Source of the DNA: Armatimonadota bacterium
GTDB taxonomy: Bacteria; Armatimonadota; UBA5829; DTLH01
Direction of reading: 5' to 3'
NCBI GenBank assembly: GCA_039679675.1
Contig: JBDKUN010000029.1
Location: 1-64,000 of the forward strand
Length of the DNA: 64,000 bases
This document shows, piece by piece, positions 50,242 to 60,785 of the stretch (position 1 is its first letter; the number at the start of each line of letters is the position of its first letter). The translations under genes and the position numbers were made by a program. The notes below the pieces were generated by a model that was not told where the DNA came from, made no database searches, and saw nothing but the letters and a program-made list of their open reading frames with translations.

Positions 50242-50254
50242 ACGTATTCTACGT

Positions 50255-51286
50255 ATGACACATCGAGAGAGAATAAAAGCTATATACGATGGTAAGCCTG
50301 CAGACCGGCCTGGTTTCTGGCTTGGCCATCCGCATGAGGAGACTCGAAAAAACCTTTATAAGTATTTTGGAGTCGATACGGATGATGCCTTAAGGCAGAT
50401 TATCGGAGACGACTGCCGGTGGATGGCAGCTGACTGGTCTTGCTACAAACATCCTGATGGCGTACCGCTTTTCGATCCGATGTATGGTATTGGTCCCAGA
50501 ACCAGCCTCGGACAGCCTGGCTGCTTTGCTAATTGTGAGGATGAGTCTGAGCTCGATGATTACCCGTGGCCGGATGCATCGTATATCGACATTGATCACG
50601 TCAAGGGCTGGGCTAAAAACCGTTCTCAGTACGCTCTGCTTGGGGGCGCAAGCAGTAATTTTTTTCATGTAGTCGCGGATTTCTTCGGCATGGAGAATTA
50701 CTTCATGAAGATGTATACCAATCCGGATATAGTGCATGCGGTTACAAGAAGGATCGTTGATTTTCATCTCGCTGCAAACAGGCGTGTCTTCTCTGAAGCC
50801 AGGGATACGGTTGATATATTCTTTTTCTTCAACGATTTTGGGACGCAGGAAGACCTGTTCATAAGCCCTGCTGCGTTCAAAGAGTTCGTTCTTCCGTATT
50901 TTAAGGAACTGATAGACCTTGCTAAATCATTCGGAGTACATCCTCAGTTGCACTCCTGCGGAGCGATCTCAAAGGTAATCCCCATGCTTGTCGAAGCCGG
51001 TATGGAAGGACTTCATCCGCTCCAGGCAAAGGCAAAGGGGATGGCAGCTGAGGATCTTGCCAGGGATTTCAAAGGAAAAATTGTTTTTGTAGGCGGGGTC
51101 GACACACAGGAACTTATGTGGCGCGGCACACCGCAAGATGTAAAAGACGAAGTTTCTAGATTGAGGGATGTATTCGGTGAGCGATGGATAATATCGCCAA
51201 GCCATGAAATGCTTATGCCGGAAGTCCCTGTAGAGAATATAATAGCATTGTGTGAAGCGGCAACGGGATTATCTCTCAAGAACTGA
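50255..51286 (+). CDS. Uroporphyrinogen decarboxylase / MtaA-CmuA family protein
   Basis: MTHRERI, NDFGTQ, LHSCG, GGVDTQ, ISPSHE..PEVPVEN. Confidence 0.85.
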   Translation: MTHRERIKAIYDGKPADRPGFWLGHPHEETRKNLYKYFGVDTDDALRQIIGDDCRWMAADWSCYKHPDGVPLFDPMYGIGPRTSLGQPGCFANCEDESELDDYPWPDASYIDIDHVKGWAKNRSQYALLGGASSNFFHVVADFFGMENYFMKMYTNPDIVHAVTRRIVDFHLAANRRVFSEARDTVDIFFFFNDFGTQEDLFISPAAFKEFVLPYFKELIDLAKSFGVHPQLHSCGAISKVIPMLVEAGMEGLHPLQAKAKGMAAEDLARDFKGKIVFVGGVDTQELMWRGTPQDVKDEVSRLRDVFGERWIISPSHEMLMPEVPVENIIALCEAATGLSLKN

Positions 51287-51315
51287 TTGCCGTATTTAGT
51301 AAAAGGAGTCTTAGT

Positions 51316-52113
51316 TTGAAGATTGCTGTCTGTATAAAGCAAGTGCCTCAGACAACGGAAGTTAAGATCAATCCTGAGACTAACACCCTCGTACGTGAAG
51401 GTGTAGAGTCACAAATCAATCCGTTCGATATGTATGCACTTGAAGAAGCTGTTCGCGTAAAAGAGCGGCTTTTGGAAAAAGGTGAAGAAGCTACGGTAAC
51501 GGTAATCACAATGGGACCGCCGCAGGCAGATGCTGCACTAAGAGAGGCAGTCTCGCTTGGTGCAGACGATGCAGTTCTTCTGTGTGACCGGGCATTTGCC
51601 GGCGCCGATACCTGGGCCACATCTTTTGCTCTTGCAAAAGGCCTATCAAAGATCGAGCCTGATCTTGTTTTCTGCGGAATGCAGGCAATTGACGGCGATA
51701 CAGGCCAGGTCGGGCCAGGAACCGCTGTTCATCTCGATTACGCGCAAGCGGCATATGTCGCAAAGATAGAGACTATCGAAAAAAAGAAGATCGTTGTTAA
51801 GCGCCTTATCGAGAATGGCTACGAAGTGGTATCGCTCCGGCTTCCGGCTGTTTTGACGGTCGTAAAAGAGATAAATGAGCCGAGGACACCTTCACTTCGA
51901 GGTAAGATGAACGCCAAAAAGGCAGAAATAACCATCTGGAAGGCTGAAGATATAGGCGCACCTGCTGATAAAGTCGGTCTTTTGGGTTCGCCTACACAGG
52001 TTATCAAGATATTCTCTCCTCCGCACCGGGAGGGAGGCGAGAGATGGACTGGTGAATCACCCGAGCTTGCCGATAAGCTGGCCGGTCTGCTGAAAGAGAT
52101 GGAGATTATCTAG
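51316..52113 (+). CDS. etfB: Electron transfer flavoprotein beta subunit
   Basis: CIKQVP, NPFD..ALEEA, GADTWAT, IDGDTGQVGP. Confidence 0.95.
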   Translation: MKIAVCIKQVPQTTEVKINPETNTLVREGVESQINPFDMYALEEAVRVKERLLEKGEEATVTVITMGPPQADAALREAVSLGADDAVLLCDRAFAGADTWATSFALAKGLSKIEPDLVFCGMQAIDGDTGQVGPGTAVHLDYAQAAYVAKIETIEKKKIVVKRLIENGYEVVSLRLPAVLTVVKEINEPRTPSLRGKMNAKKAEITIWKAEDIGAPADKVGLLGSPTQVIKIFSPPHREGGERWTGESPELADKLAGLLKEMEII

Positions 52114-52117
52114 TTCG

Positions 52118-53320
52118 ATGTCCATTAGAGTAATAAAAGAAAAATGTACTGGTTGTACCCTTTGCGTAAGAGCATGTCCGCAGGGTGCAATAGAAGTTAA
52201 TGACAAGCTTGCTGCCATAGATCTCGACAAGTGCACTTATTGCGGATCATGTGTATCTACCTGCCGCTTCCGAGCTATTTCTATAGAAATCGAGAAGCAG
52301 GCAAAAGAAGATCTTTCGCAGTATAGCGGCGTCTGGGTTTTCGGCGAGCAGTGGAAAGGCGAGCTTTCCCCAGTTGTTCTTGAGCTTATTACTGCAGGAA
52401 GGCAGCTTGCTGATGCAAGAAAGAGTGAGTTATCTGTAGTAGTTTTAGGCGATAAGCTAGACAACGTTGCACAGTTACTCTCCGAGTATCCTGTTGATAA
52501 AGTGCTTGTCTGTGAAGCTCCTGAACTAGAGAGTTATGACGCAGAAAGATATACCCGCGTCCTTACCGATCTATGTAGAGAGTTGAAGCCGGAGGTAGTT
52601 CTTGCCGGAGCTACCACAGTAGGAAGATCGTTCCTCGCAAGAGTCGCTGTCCAGCTTTATACAGGACTCACAGCAGACTGTACCGGGCTTGCGATAGGCG
52701 AGGACGGGCTTCTTCATCAGACAAGGCCTGCTTTCGGCGGTAATATTATGGCTGAGATCGTTTGCCCCTACACAAGGCCACAGATGGCGACAGTCCGGCA
52801 CAAGGTTATTCCGACTTCTCCTAAGGCATCGAACGGTCATAAGACTGAGATCATTAAACTTGAGCCCAAGCCTAAGCTTTTCGGTTCACGCAGCGAGATA
52901 CTTGAGTTCATCAAACAGGTTGAGGACACAGTAAATATCGTTGATGCTGACATTATTGTTTCCGGCGGACGGGGAATTCAGGCTCCTGAGAACTTTGCTA
53001 TGCTCGAAGAGCTTGCGAGAGTACTCGGCGGTGCTGTAGGCTCAAGCCGTGCAGCAGTCGATGCCGGCTGGATCCCCTACTCTCATCAGGTCGGACAAAC
53101 CGGAAAGACTGTATGTCCCAAGGTATACATTGCCTGCGGGATCAGCGGAGCTGTACAGCACCTGGCTGGAATGTCCAGTTCGGATACGATTATTGCGATC
53201 AATAAAGACCCTAACGCACCGATTTTCCAGGTTGCGAACTTCGGATTTGTCGGTGACTGCCTTGAAATCGTTCCGATGCTGACGAAGAAGATCAACGCAA
53301 TGCGAGGGACCGGAAATTAG
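52118..53320 (+). CDS. etfA: Electron transfer flavoprotein alpha subunit with N-terminal 2x[4Fe-4S] ferredoxin domain
   Basis: [12 protein letters not shown] and [35 protein letters not shown]. Confidence 0.95.
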   Translation: MSIRVIKEKCTGCTLCVRACPQGAIEVNDKLAAIDLDKCTYCGSCVSTCRFRAISIEIEKQAKEDLSQYSGVWVFGEQWKGELSPVVLELITAGRQLADARKSELSVVVLGDKLDNVAQLLSEYPVDKVLVCEAPELESYDAERYTRVLTDLCRELKPEVVLAGATTVGRSFLARVAVQLYTGLTADCTGLAIGEDGLLHQTRPAFGGNIMAEIVCPYTRPQMATVRHKVIPTSPKASNGHKTEIIKLEPKPKLFGSRSEILEFIKQVEDTVNIVDADIIVSGGRGIQAPENFAMLEELARVLGGAVGSSRAAVDAGWIPYSHQVGQTGKTVCPKVYIACGISGAVQHLAGMSSSDTIIAINKDPNAPIFQVANFGFVGDCLEIVPMLTKKINAMRGTGN

Positions 53321-53498
53321 ACATCGGAAAGCGTATTACTTTATGGGCAGGGGGATACCTCTGCCCTGAAATTTAATATAGGAAAGGTTAATTGAGGACC
53401 TTAAGTGGTCTTTACTTCCGTAGTTATAATATAGGCATTATATTTATCGGCTCTGTCGATAGTAAATGATGATTGACCGGTTTTTAGTGAGGAATCTA

Positions 53499-54899
53499 GT
53501 GCAACGTTACATTGACTCTGCAAAACCAAAAATTATCCCACCTCTCGATCCAGATTTTAAGCCCAATGTCCTGGTAAACAGGGAGTTTAGAGAAAAAATC
53601 AAGGCAGAGGGACATTCTGTACCGCTCGTTATCGCACTGGAGCGCGGTGACGGCTCAATTTCAACTTACAAGACAATTGCATCAAGCAATCCGGCTGATC
53701 TGCCGGCGAACAAGGTATATGCCGAGAGGCTTGTAAAGTTCCTTCTCTGGCAGCGCGGCGGCTGGAAGATAATCATCGGCGGGCCCAAAGAAATCGGAGA
53801 GCACATTAAAGAAGTCTATTCCGCAACCGGTAAGCGGGCATTCGATTTCAACTTTATGAGCGGCGTATACGAAAAATCCTTCATAGTCGAAGTTGTCGAT
53901 GCAGAAGATGTTCCTGAGACTCAGGAAGAGGCTGCCCCACTCGGCAGACACCTTGAAGGCTGCCGAATCGGTTTCGATCTCGGCGCAAGTGACAGAAAAG
54001 TTGCCGCAGTCATAGACGGAGAACCAGTCTTTAGTGAAGAAATCGTTTGGGATCCCAGAAACCAGACCGATCCAGGCTATCATTACAGCGAAATAATGGC
54101 GGCACTCAAGAAAGCCGCATCATATATGCCAAGAGTTGATGCAATCGGCGGGAGTTCCGCCGGAGTTTACATCAACAACCACGTAAAAGTCGCTTCCCTC
54201 TTTAGGGGTATCCCCAAAGACCTGTTCGACACAAAAATCAAGAACCTCTTCATCGATATGAAAAAGGATTGGAACAATATTCCCTTCGAAGTTGTTAACG
54301 ATGGCGAGGTTACAGCGCTCGCGGGGTCTATGTCACTTGCTGACAATGCGGTGCTTGGCATTGCAATGGGATCGAGCGAAGCTGCAGGATATGTCACACC
54401 CGATGGAAACATCACCGGCTGGCTGAATGAACTTGCATTCGCGCCTATTGATGTCCAGGTCAATGCGCCAATAGATGAGTGGTCCTGTGATGCGGGGGTC
54501 GGTGCAAATTACCTTACTCAGCAGGCAGTTTTCCGCCTCGCATCAAAGGTCGGAATCCAGTTGGATGATTCACAGACGCTTGCAGACAAGCTGAAGACAG
54601 TGCAAAAGCTCCATGATGCTGGTGATAAGCGCGCAGAGCAGATCTGGGAGACAATCGGTGTATATCTTGGCTATGCCATAGCACATTACGCTGACTTCTA
54701 TGATACTAAACACGTATTGATTCTTGGACGAGTGACATCTGGCAATGGCGGCGGAGTTCTTATCAAAAAGGCAAAAGAAGTCCTCTCGAAGGAGTTTCCG
54801 TCACTCTTTAATAAGATCGAGCTCCACCTGCCGGAAGATGAATCGAGCAGGCGCGTTGGACAGGCCGTCGCAGCTGCAAGCCTGCCTTCATTAAGTTAA
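53499..54899 (+). CDS. ROK-family protein (sugar kinase-like)
   Basis: IGFDLGASD, VVNDGEVTAL, GWLNELAF. Confidence 0.82.
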   Translation: MQRYIDSAKPKIIPPLDPDFKPNVLVNREFREKIKAEGHSVPLVIALERGDGSISTYKTIASSNPADLPANKVYAERLVKFLLWQRGGWKIIIGGPKEIGEHIKEVYSATGKRAFDFNFMSGVYEKSFIVEVVDAEDVPETQEEAAPLGRHLEGCRIGFDLGASDRKVAAVIDGEPVFSEEIVWDPRNQTDPGYHYSEIMAALKKAASYMPRVDAIGGSSAGVYINNHVKVASLFRGIPKDLFDTKIKNLFIDMKKDWNNIPFEVVNDGEVTALAGSMSLADNAVLGIAMGSSEAAGYVTPDGNITGWLNELAFAPIDVQVNAPIDEWSCDAGVGANYLTQQAVFRLASKVGIQLDDSQTLADKLKTVQKLHDAGDKRAEQIWETIGVYLGYAIAHYADFYDTKHVLILGRVTSGNGGGVLIKKAKEVLSKEFPSLFNKIELHLPEDESSRRVGQAVAAASLPSLS

Positions 54900-54921
54900 T
54901 TTGAAAGAAGAAGTGATACCA

Positions 54922-55773
54922 ATGAAGTTTCATATGAACGCATCCGAAATATTCGTACCTGATGGCACACCTGTCGAAGAAGCTATCAAACGGACTACCC
55001 ACATGGGTATCTCTGCTCATCAGGATGACCTTGAAATCATGGCATACAAGGGCGTGCTGGAATGCTTCGGACAGAGTGACAAATGGTTCCTTGGAGTTGT
55101 TGTAACTGACGGTGCAGGCAGCCCTAGAGATGACATATACGCCAACTATACAGATGACGAAATGCGTAAGGTCAGGAGGGTTGAGCAGAAAAAGGCTGCT
55201 TTTGTCGGGGAATACACCGCGCAAGCTCTGCTCGATTTTCCCAGCTCGGCTGTCAAAGACCCTGCAAATACCGACGTAGTCGATGATCTTGCAGGCTTGT
55301 TCGCGGCAGCCAAACCCAGCTATGTCTATACACACAACCTTGCCGATAAGCACGATACTCACATTGGAGCCGCAACAAAGGTTATAAAAGCGATCAGAAC
55401 GCTTCCTAAAGAGGACAGGCCAAAGGCTATCTATGGCTGTGAGGTATGGAGAAGTCTTGATTGGCTGGCAGATGCCGATAAGACCGTTCTGGATGTCGCA
55501 GCACACGAAAACCTCGCCACAGCACTCCTTGGCGTTTTCGATTCTCAGATCGCGGGCGGTAAGAGATACGATCTTGCGACCATGGGCAGACGCCGCGCAA
55601 ATGCTACTTATCATGCATCCCATGGGATCGATGACTCTACCAGCATAGCTTTTGCTATGGATATGACTCCGCTCATAAAAGATGAGACTCTCGACATTAA
55701 AGAGTTTGTGAACGGTTATATCCGCAATTTTGCGAAAGATGTATCGGACAGGTTGACCAGAGTTCTTGGCTAA
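54922..55773 (+). CDS. PIG-L/LmbE-family deacetylase
   Basis: SAHQDDLE, R..EQ..AA, DKHDTH. Confidence 0.87.
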   Translation: MKFHMNASEIFVPDGTPVEEAIKRTTHMGISAHQDDLEIMAYKGVLECFGQSDKWFLGVVVTDGAGSPRDDIYANYTDDEMRKVRRVEQKKAAFVGEYTAQALLDFPSSAVKDPANTDVVDDLAGLFAAAKPSYVYTHNLADKHDTHIGAATKVIKAIRTLPKEDRPKAIYGCEVWRSLDWLADADKTVLDVAAHENLATALLGVFDSQIAGGKRYDLATMGRRRANATYHASHGIDDSTSIAFAMDMTPLIKDETLDIKEFVNGYIRNFAKDVSDRLTRVLG

Positions 55774-55809
55774 CGGAGTATTTATCCGTATCACCTGAAG
55801 GGTTGTAAA

Positions 55810-56181
55810 GTGAAAGAAATAATTACTCAGGAACGGGTTGACTCTATACTCAAACTTATCGCTATCGCCGCTCCGCTCGCAGGGCTTGTCATTGGAACTG
55901 CAGTGGGGATTATTCGCAAGCGTATAGCCGCCGGTACCATGTTTGGGATCATAATAGGACTTTCTGGGACCGCTCTTTTCGGCCTCTGGCGGATGTATAC
56001 AACATTCGGAAACAGCTTCGGCTATACAAATATTGTTTGCCTTGCTGTCCAGTTTGCAATTTTCTCTGGAATAGGTATCGGCGCAGGTTTTGCGATACAG
56101 CGGTCGCGAAATATTATGAACCTGCATGAAGTAAAGGGGACAAGCGAGGAGGAATTGCTAAATGCCAGCAAAGATATATAG
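55810..56181 (+). CDS. Small 3-TM membrane protein
   Basis: Hydrophobic 123-aa ORF inside the operon. Confidence 0.7.
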   Translation: MKEIITQERVDSILKLIAIAAPLAGLVIGTAVGIIRKRIAAGTMFGIIIGLSGTALFGLWRMYTTFGNSFGYTNIVCLAVQFAIFSGIGIGAGFAIQRSRNIMNLHEVKGTSEEELLNASKDI

Positions 56182-57160
56182 CAGCAGCGATGTGAATCCT
56201 GATGCGTTGAACGGCAAAAAGATCGCAATTATCGGTTATGGAAACCAAGGACACGCACATGCACTGAACTTGCGCGACAGCGGTTTGGATGTAATAGTGA
56301 GCAACCGTCCCGGCGGTGAAAATTTCAAGAAAGCTGTTGCTGATGGTTTCCAGCCTCTTACGGCAGCCGAAGCTACACTTCAGGCAGATGTAATCCAGAT
56401 ACTTACGCAGGATGAACTGATGGCGCAGGTGTACAAAGACGAAATTGCGCCACACCTTACTCCTGGTAAGGCTCTCCTTTTCGCACATGGCTTCAATATT
56501 CTCTATAAACTCATAGTTCCTCCACCTGATGTGGATGTAGCACTGGTCTCACCTAAAGGCGTCGGCAAGATGCTGAGAAGGCTTTACACCGAAGGACGGG
56601 GTCTTCCGGCGCTTATCGCAATTCAGCAGGATGCTACTGGAAACGCAAAAGATATAGCACTTGCCTATGCAGCTGGGATAGGCTCAACGCGGGCCGGTAT
56701 AATCGAAACGACTTTTAAAGAAGAAACGGAATGTGATCTTTTTGGTGAACAGGCTGTCTTGTGCGGCGGTGCTACCGCGCTGGTGCAGGCAGGGTTTGAA
56801 ACACTCGTTGAAGCCGGATACCAACCGGAAGTAGCTTACTTCGAATGCTTTCATGAGCTCAAACTAATTGTCGACCTCATGCACGAAGGCGGCATTGCCT
56901 GGATGCGAAAGTGCATCTCCAATACTGCAGAATTCGGTGACTATACACGCGGTCCCCGCATTATAGATGAATCGGCAAGGGAAAAGATGCGCCAAGTGCT
57001 GAATGAGGTTCAATCCGGTGAGTTTGCCGGAGAGTGGGTTCAGGAAAGCCAGTCAGACCAGCCTCTACTAAATGCCTCACGCATCAGCAGTAGTAACCTG
57101 TTAATCGATACTGTCGGCGACAAAATGCGCCGGATGATGCCCTGGCTGAAGATATTTTAA
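56162..57160 (+). CDS. ilvC: Ketol-acid reductoisomerase
   Basis: [38 protein letters not shown]. Confidence 0.96.
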   Translation: MPAKIYSSSDVNPDALNGKKIAIIGYGNQGHAHALNLRDSGLDVIVSNRPGGENFKKAVADGFQPLTAAEATLQADVIQILTQDELMAQVYKDEIAPHLTPGKALLFAHGFNILYKLIVPPPDVDVALVSPKGVGKMLRRLYTEGRGLPALIAIQQDATGNAKDIALAYAAGIGSTRAGIIETTFKEETECDLFGEQAVLCGGATALVQAGFETLVEAGYQPEVAYFECFHELKLIVDLMHEGGIAWMRKCISNTAEFGDYTRGPRIIDESAREKMRQVLNEVQSGEFAGEWVQESQSDQPLLNASRISSSNLLIDTVGDKMRRMMPWLKIF

Positions 57161-57260
57161 AGAATGACTGGTATTATTTGTCGCGATGTGGTTATAATAA
57201 GGATAAAGGTTTCGGCGCATGCACTTTAATCGTTGAAACCCGACAGGTGATAAAAGCAGC

Positions 57261-58091
57261 ATGCAAGTGATAGTAGCAGAACATGCAGGGTTCTGCTTTG
57301 GGGTAAGAAGAGCAATAGAGCTTGTGACAAAAGCTGTGAAATCGGGCGGGCCTCTTTCTACGTTTGGACCGCTTATTCACAACCCACAGGAAGTAAAACG
57401 CCTGGAAGCAGCCGGAGTTACGGTTACTACGGACATTGAAGGCGAGAGAATAAAGCGGATAGTAATGCCTTCCCATGGCGTTGCCCAGGAAAAGCTGGAC
57501 AAAGCTAAGGAAATATGTGATGAGATAATTGATGCAACATGTCCTTATGTTGCAAAGGTCCATCGTACCGTAAGAGAGTTGGCGAAGGCGGGAATGCAGG
57601 TTGTTGTAGTCGGCGACCCTGCTCATTCCGAAGTTAAGGGTATACTGTCTGCGGCAGGTCCCGGCGCGGTCGCTATCAGTTCTTCAGAAGAAGCTGAAGA
57701 TTATGACTGGCCGGACAGAGTAGGAGTAGTCGCGCAGACCACTCAAACAGAAGACCATTTTCAGAATGTCGTAGCTATCATACGCCGTAAAGCAAAGGAT
57801 GTGCGAGCTGTCAACACTATATGTGTTGCCACCAGGCACAGGCAGGAAGCTGCACATGACGTAGCGCCTGAAGTTGATGTCATGTTCGTTATTGGCGGGC
57901 GAAACAGCGCCAATACCAACAGACTAAGAGAGCTTTGTGAAGAGGCTGGAGTCCCCACCTATCATATAGAGACTGCAGCCGAAATCAAGGATGAATGGCT
58001 GGTCGGAAAATCGACGGCAGGTATCACTGCCGGTGCATCGACTCCTGATTGGCTTATCAAGGAAGTACAAGGTAGGTTGGAAGTAGTTTGA
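57261..58091 (+). CDS. ispH: 4-hydroxy-3-methylbut-2-enyl diphosphate reductase
   Basis: GFCFGV, DATCP, TICVAT, SAN, TAGASTP. Confidence 0.96.
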   Translation: MQVIVAEHAGFCFGVRRAIELVTKAVKSGGPLSTFGPLIHNPQEVKRLEAAGVTVTTDIEGERIKRIVMPSHGVAQEKLDKAKEICDEIIDATCPYVAKVHRTVRELAKAGMQVVVVGDPAHSEVKGILSAAGPGAVAISSSEEAEDYDWPDRVGVVAQTTQTEDHFQNVVAIIRRKAKDVRAVNTICVATRHRQEAAHDVAPEVDVMFVIGGRNSANTNRLRELCEEAGVPTYHIETAAEIKDEWLVGKSTAGITAGASTPDWLIKEVQGRLEVV

Positions 58092-59404
58092 CAGAAGTAT
58101 TTGGTGGCAAGGTTGCCAAAATTGAATCACGTAGTATAGCAGAAGAGGCCGGTATTCTGCCAGGGGATATTGTCGTCAGCATCAACGGCCACCCTATTAG
58201 CGATATAATTGACTATCGTTTTTATTTGGCGGATGAGGATATCAATTTAATCGTTAGGAGAGGCGAAGAAGAAGCTGAGATATCCATAGAAAAGGATTAT
58301 GACGATCCTCTCGGTATCGATTTTGAAGACGAGCTCTTCGATGGAGTCCGCACCTGTGGAAACCGCTGCCTGTTCTGCTTTGTGCATCAATTACCACAGG
58401 GGATGAGGCCTTCCCTCTATCTTCGAGATGACGATTACCGGCTCTCGTTCCTCCATGGTAATTTCGTGACTCTCACCAATGTCGATGAGAAAGACATCGA
58501 TCGGATTATAGAGCAGCGATTAACACCACTTTATGTATCTGTACATTCAACAGACCCGAAACTCAGAAGCTCCATTATCAGAAACGAACATGCTCCAGAT
58601 ATTATGCAGCAACTGCATACTCTTGCAGCTGGAAAAATCACTATACACACGCAGATTGTCGTATGTCCCGGAGTAAATGACGGAAAAAAGCTGGAACAGA
58701 CGATACATGACCTTGCATCGCTCTATCCCGGCGTCGCCTCTATTGGTGTAGTACCTGTAGGATTGACCAGACACAGACTCGCCGGTCCAGCAATAGACGC
58801 AATGGACCCTGTCGCTGCGGGAAAAATCGTCCAGCAGGTTCGGAGATGGCAGAAAAAACTTAGAAAAGATTTCGGATCAAGACTTGTGTGGGCGTCTGAT
58901 GAGCTGTATCTGGCCTCAGGAATACCAGTACCTTCTGCTTCATCATATGAAGGATTTCCGCAGCTTGAAAACGGAATCGGAATTGTCCGCCAGTTCATAG
59001 ATGACACCAGAAAAACAATAGCGCGTCTACCTGAGCGAATCCCCCACCCTGTCAAAGCCACAGTCGTGACATCAACATTGGCCACTCCGATTATAGAAGA
59101 GTTTACGTCAGAACTGAATAAGGTAGAGGACCTCCACGTGTATGTTGCCCCGATTATGAACGAATTCTTCGGCGAAAGTGTAACCGTGACAGGACTGCTG
59201 ACTGGTAAAGATATAATCAACCAATTAAAAGGGCATGATCTGGGAGATTTTGTCCTTATCCCTACAGTAATGCTTCGTGATGGCGTCTTCCTGGATAACA
59301 TAACACTATCAGAGCTATCGGAAGCGCTATCCTGCCCTGCTGCTGTAATCGAACCAACCCCCAGCGCGTTGGCAGATAAGCTTATTGGCGAAGTTTCTGA
59401 TTAA
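58088..59404 (+). CDS. PDZ + DUF512 putative Fe-S (radical SAM-like) protein
   Basis: CGNRCLFCF, DDDYRLSF, QLENGIG. Confidence 0.9.
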   Translation: MTEVFGGKVAKIESRSIAEEAGILPGDIVVSINGHPISDIIDYRFYLADEDINLIVRRGEEEAEISIEKDYDDPLGIDFEDELFDGVRTCGNRCLFCFVHQLPQGMRPSLYLRDDDYRLSFLHGNFVTLTNVDEKDIDRIIEQRLTPLYVSVHSTDPKLRSSIIRNEHAPDIMQQLHTLAAGKITIHTQIVVCPGVNDGKKLEQTIHDLASLYPGVASIGVVPVGLTRHRLAGPAIDAMDPVAAGKIVQQVRRWQKKLRKDFGSRLVWASDELYLASGIPVPSASSYEGFPQLENGIGIVRQFIDDTRKTIARLPERIPHPVKATVVTSTLATPIIEEFTSELNKVEDLHVYVAPIMNEFFGESVTVTGLLTGKDIINQLKGHDLGDFVLIPTVMLRDGVFLDNITLSELSEALSCPAAVIEPTPSALADKLIGEVSD

Positions 59405-59510
59405 TTTCAGTTGATATTCACCCTTACAGGGTATTATTGCGCCTCAATTTCGAGGAACATACGCAGTGGCAAGTAATTCAATCTAGTATCAATTACCACG
59501 GAGCGCATAC

Positions 59511-60257
59511 ATGGGAAAAAGTGGCGGATTTGATTACTTACGTGTTCTTGCAGTAGTGTTTATCGTGCTTCTTGGATCCTCAATCGGTGTTTACCTCTTA
59601 CCAGACATGAAAGCCGCATCCAGGCTGGTGCTGGCAAGCACATTTATTCTGGGGTTAGTCTGTCTGGTCTTAATCCTTAACCGTATCTTATATAAATGGA
59701 AAAACATAAGGTACACCGGACTTATCCTTCTTTTGCTCTGTGTAATCTGGACAATATTTGGCGGCGGAGCTGTCAAGACTGACGATTTAAGAGATGCTTA
59801 CATTGAACAGTTATTAGCATATAGAAACACTCCGTTTGCCTGGGGCGGAGAAACAAAGAGGGGTGTAGATTGCTCAGGTCTGGCAAGGACAGCTTTCTGG
59901 CAGGCCATGCTAAAGCATGGCGTACGAACAAATAATCCTCGTCTATTCGGCCCATATTTGTGGAGGTTTTGGTGGTTGGATATGAGTGCCAAAGCCATGA
60001 AAGATAACGAATACGGGTATACAGTAACAATTGATAAAGCAGACAGAATAGTCGGCTACAATCCAACTAAACTCAAAAAAGGCGATCTTGCTATAGTAGT
60101 AAATATGCATGTTCTCATCTATCTTGGCGACAACAGATGGATAGAGGCATGCCCTGATGATAATAAAGTCGTAATAAAGAGTTCGACAGTTGATACAGAT
60201 CACCCGTGGTTCAACGCAGGGCCTGTAACATTTCTAAGGTGGTCTATGTTGAACTAA
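59511..60257 (+). CDS. Membrane-anchored NlpC/P60 peptidase
   Basis: 3 N-terminal TMs; WGG...GVDCSGL, HVLIY. Confidence 0.85.
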   Translation: MGKSGGFDYLRVLAVVFIVLLGSSIGVYLLPDMKAASRLVLASTFILGLVCLVLILNRILYKWKNIRYTGLILLLLCVIWTIFGGGAVKTDDLRDAYIEQLLAYRNTPFAWGGETKRGVDCSGLARTAFWQAMLKHGVRTNNPRLFGPYLWRFWWLDMSAKAMKDNEYGYTVTIDKADRIVGYNPTKLKKGDLAIVVNMHVLIYLGDNRWIEACPDDNKVVIKSSTVDTDHPWFNAGPVTFLRWSMLN

Positions 60258-60273
60258 CACTCCACATCTTCGT

Positions 60274-60300
60274 GTTTTCACCAGCTTGCGAGCGGGTAAT
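60274..60300 (+). promoter_or_regulatory. sigmaB-like promoter
   Basis: GTTTTC at 60274, GGGTAAT at 60294. Confidence 0.6.
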
Positions 60301-60342
60301 TCAATACCGCATTTGCTTCATATTTCCAGTGGAGGTGATTTT

Positions 60343-60774
60343 ATGCGGTCAGGATTTCTGCTCATGACGGTAATTACTGCCGTTCTTCTTCTAGTGACCA
60401 GTTTACCCGCTCCAGCCATCAGCATCGGAGATGCTCTTTCCGTATTTGGTATCGGATACGCCGTAAGGGTCTATGGCAAACAGATCAACAGCGGACTTAA
60501 CACACTGATGGCGCAACATGGAGTCGAATGGGAAGGCACGACAAAAGTAGTGCCTATATTATCTATCGGATCAGGCACTTATGTAGGTGCTGCACAGGTT
60601 GCCGGACCACCGGATATTGTAAAAACCGTCAAAGCTGTGGCACAGGGTGAAACCCGAATAGGTGACAACCTCAGGGCAAAACTGTTTATTCCTGTAAGCT
60701 CGACAAACGTGCTTAAAGGAGTTAAGCGAGTCGAAGGAGTAGGGCTTTCAGCTCTGATCGACTTCAAGATTTGA
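60343..60774 (+). CDS. Secreted conserved hypothetical protein
   Basis: Signal peptide; KVVPILSIGSG..VGAAQVAG...V..V.AVAQ.E domain. Confidence 0.8.
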   Translation: MRSGFLLMTVITAVLLLVTSLPAPAISIGDALSVFGIGYAVRVYGKQINSGLNTLMAQHGVEWEGTTKVVPILSIGSGTYVGAAQVAGPPDIVKTVKAVAQGETRIGDNLRAKLFIPVSSTNVLKGVKRVEGVGLSALIDFKI

Positions 60775-60785
60775 GGAGGATGCAG

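Noticed and set aside
54808..56127. 439-aa minus-strand ORF
   Set aside because: Antisense shadow of the well-supported PIG-L and membrane genes; no recognisable motifs
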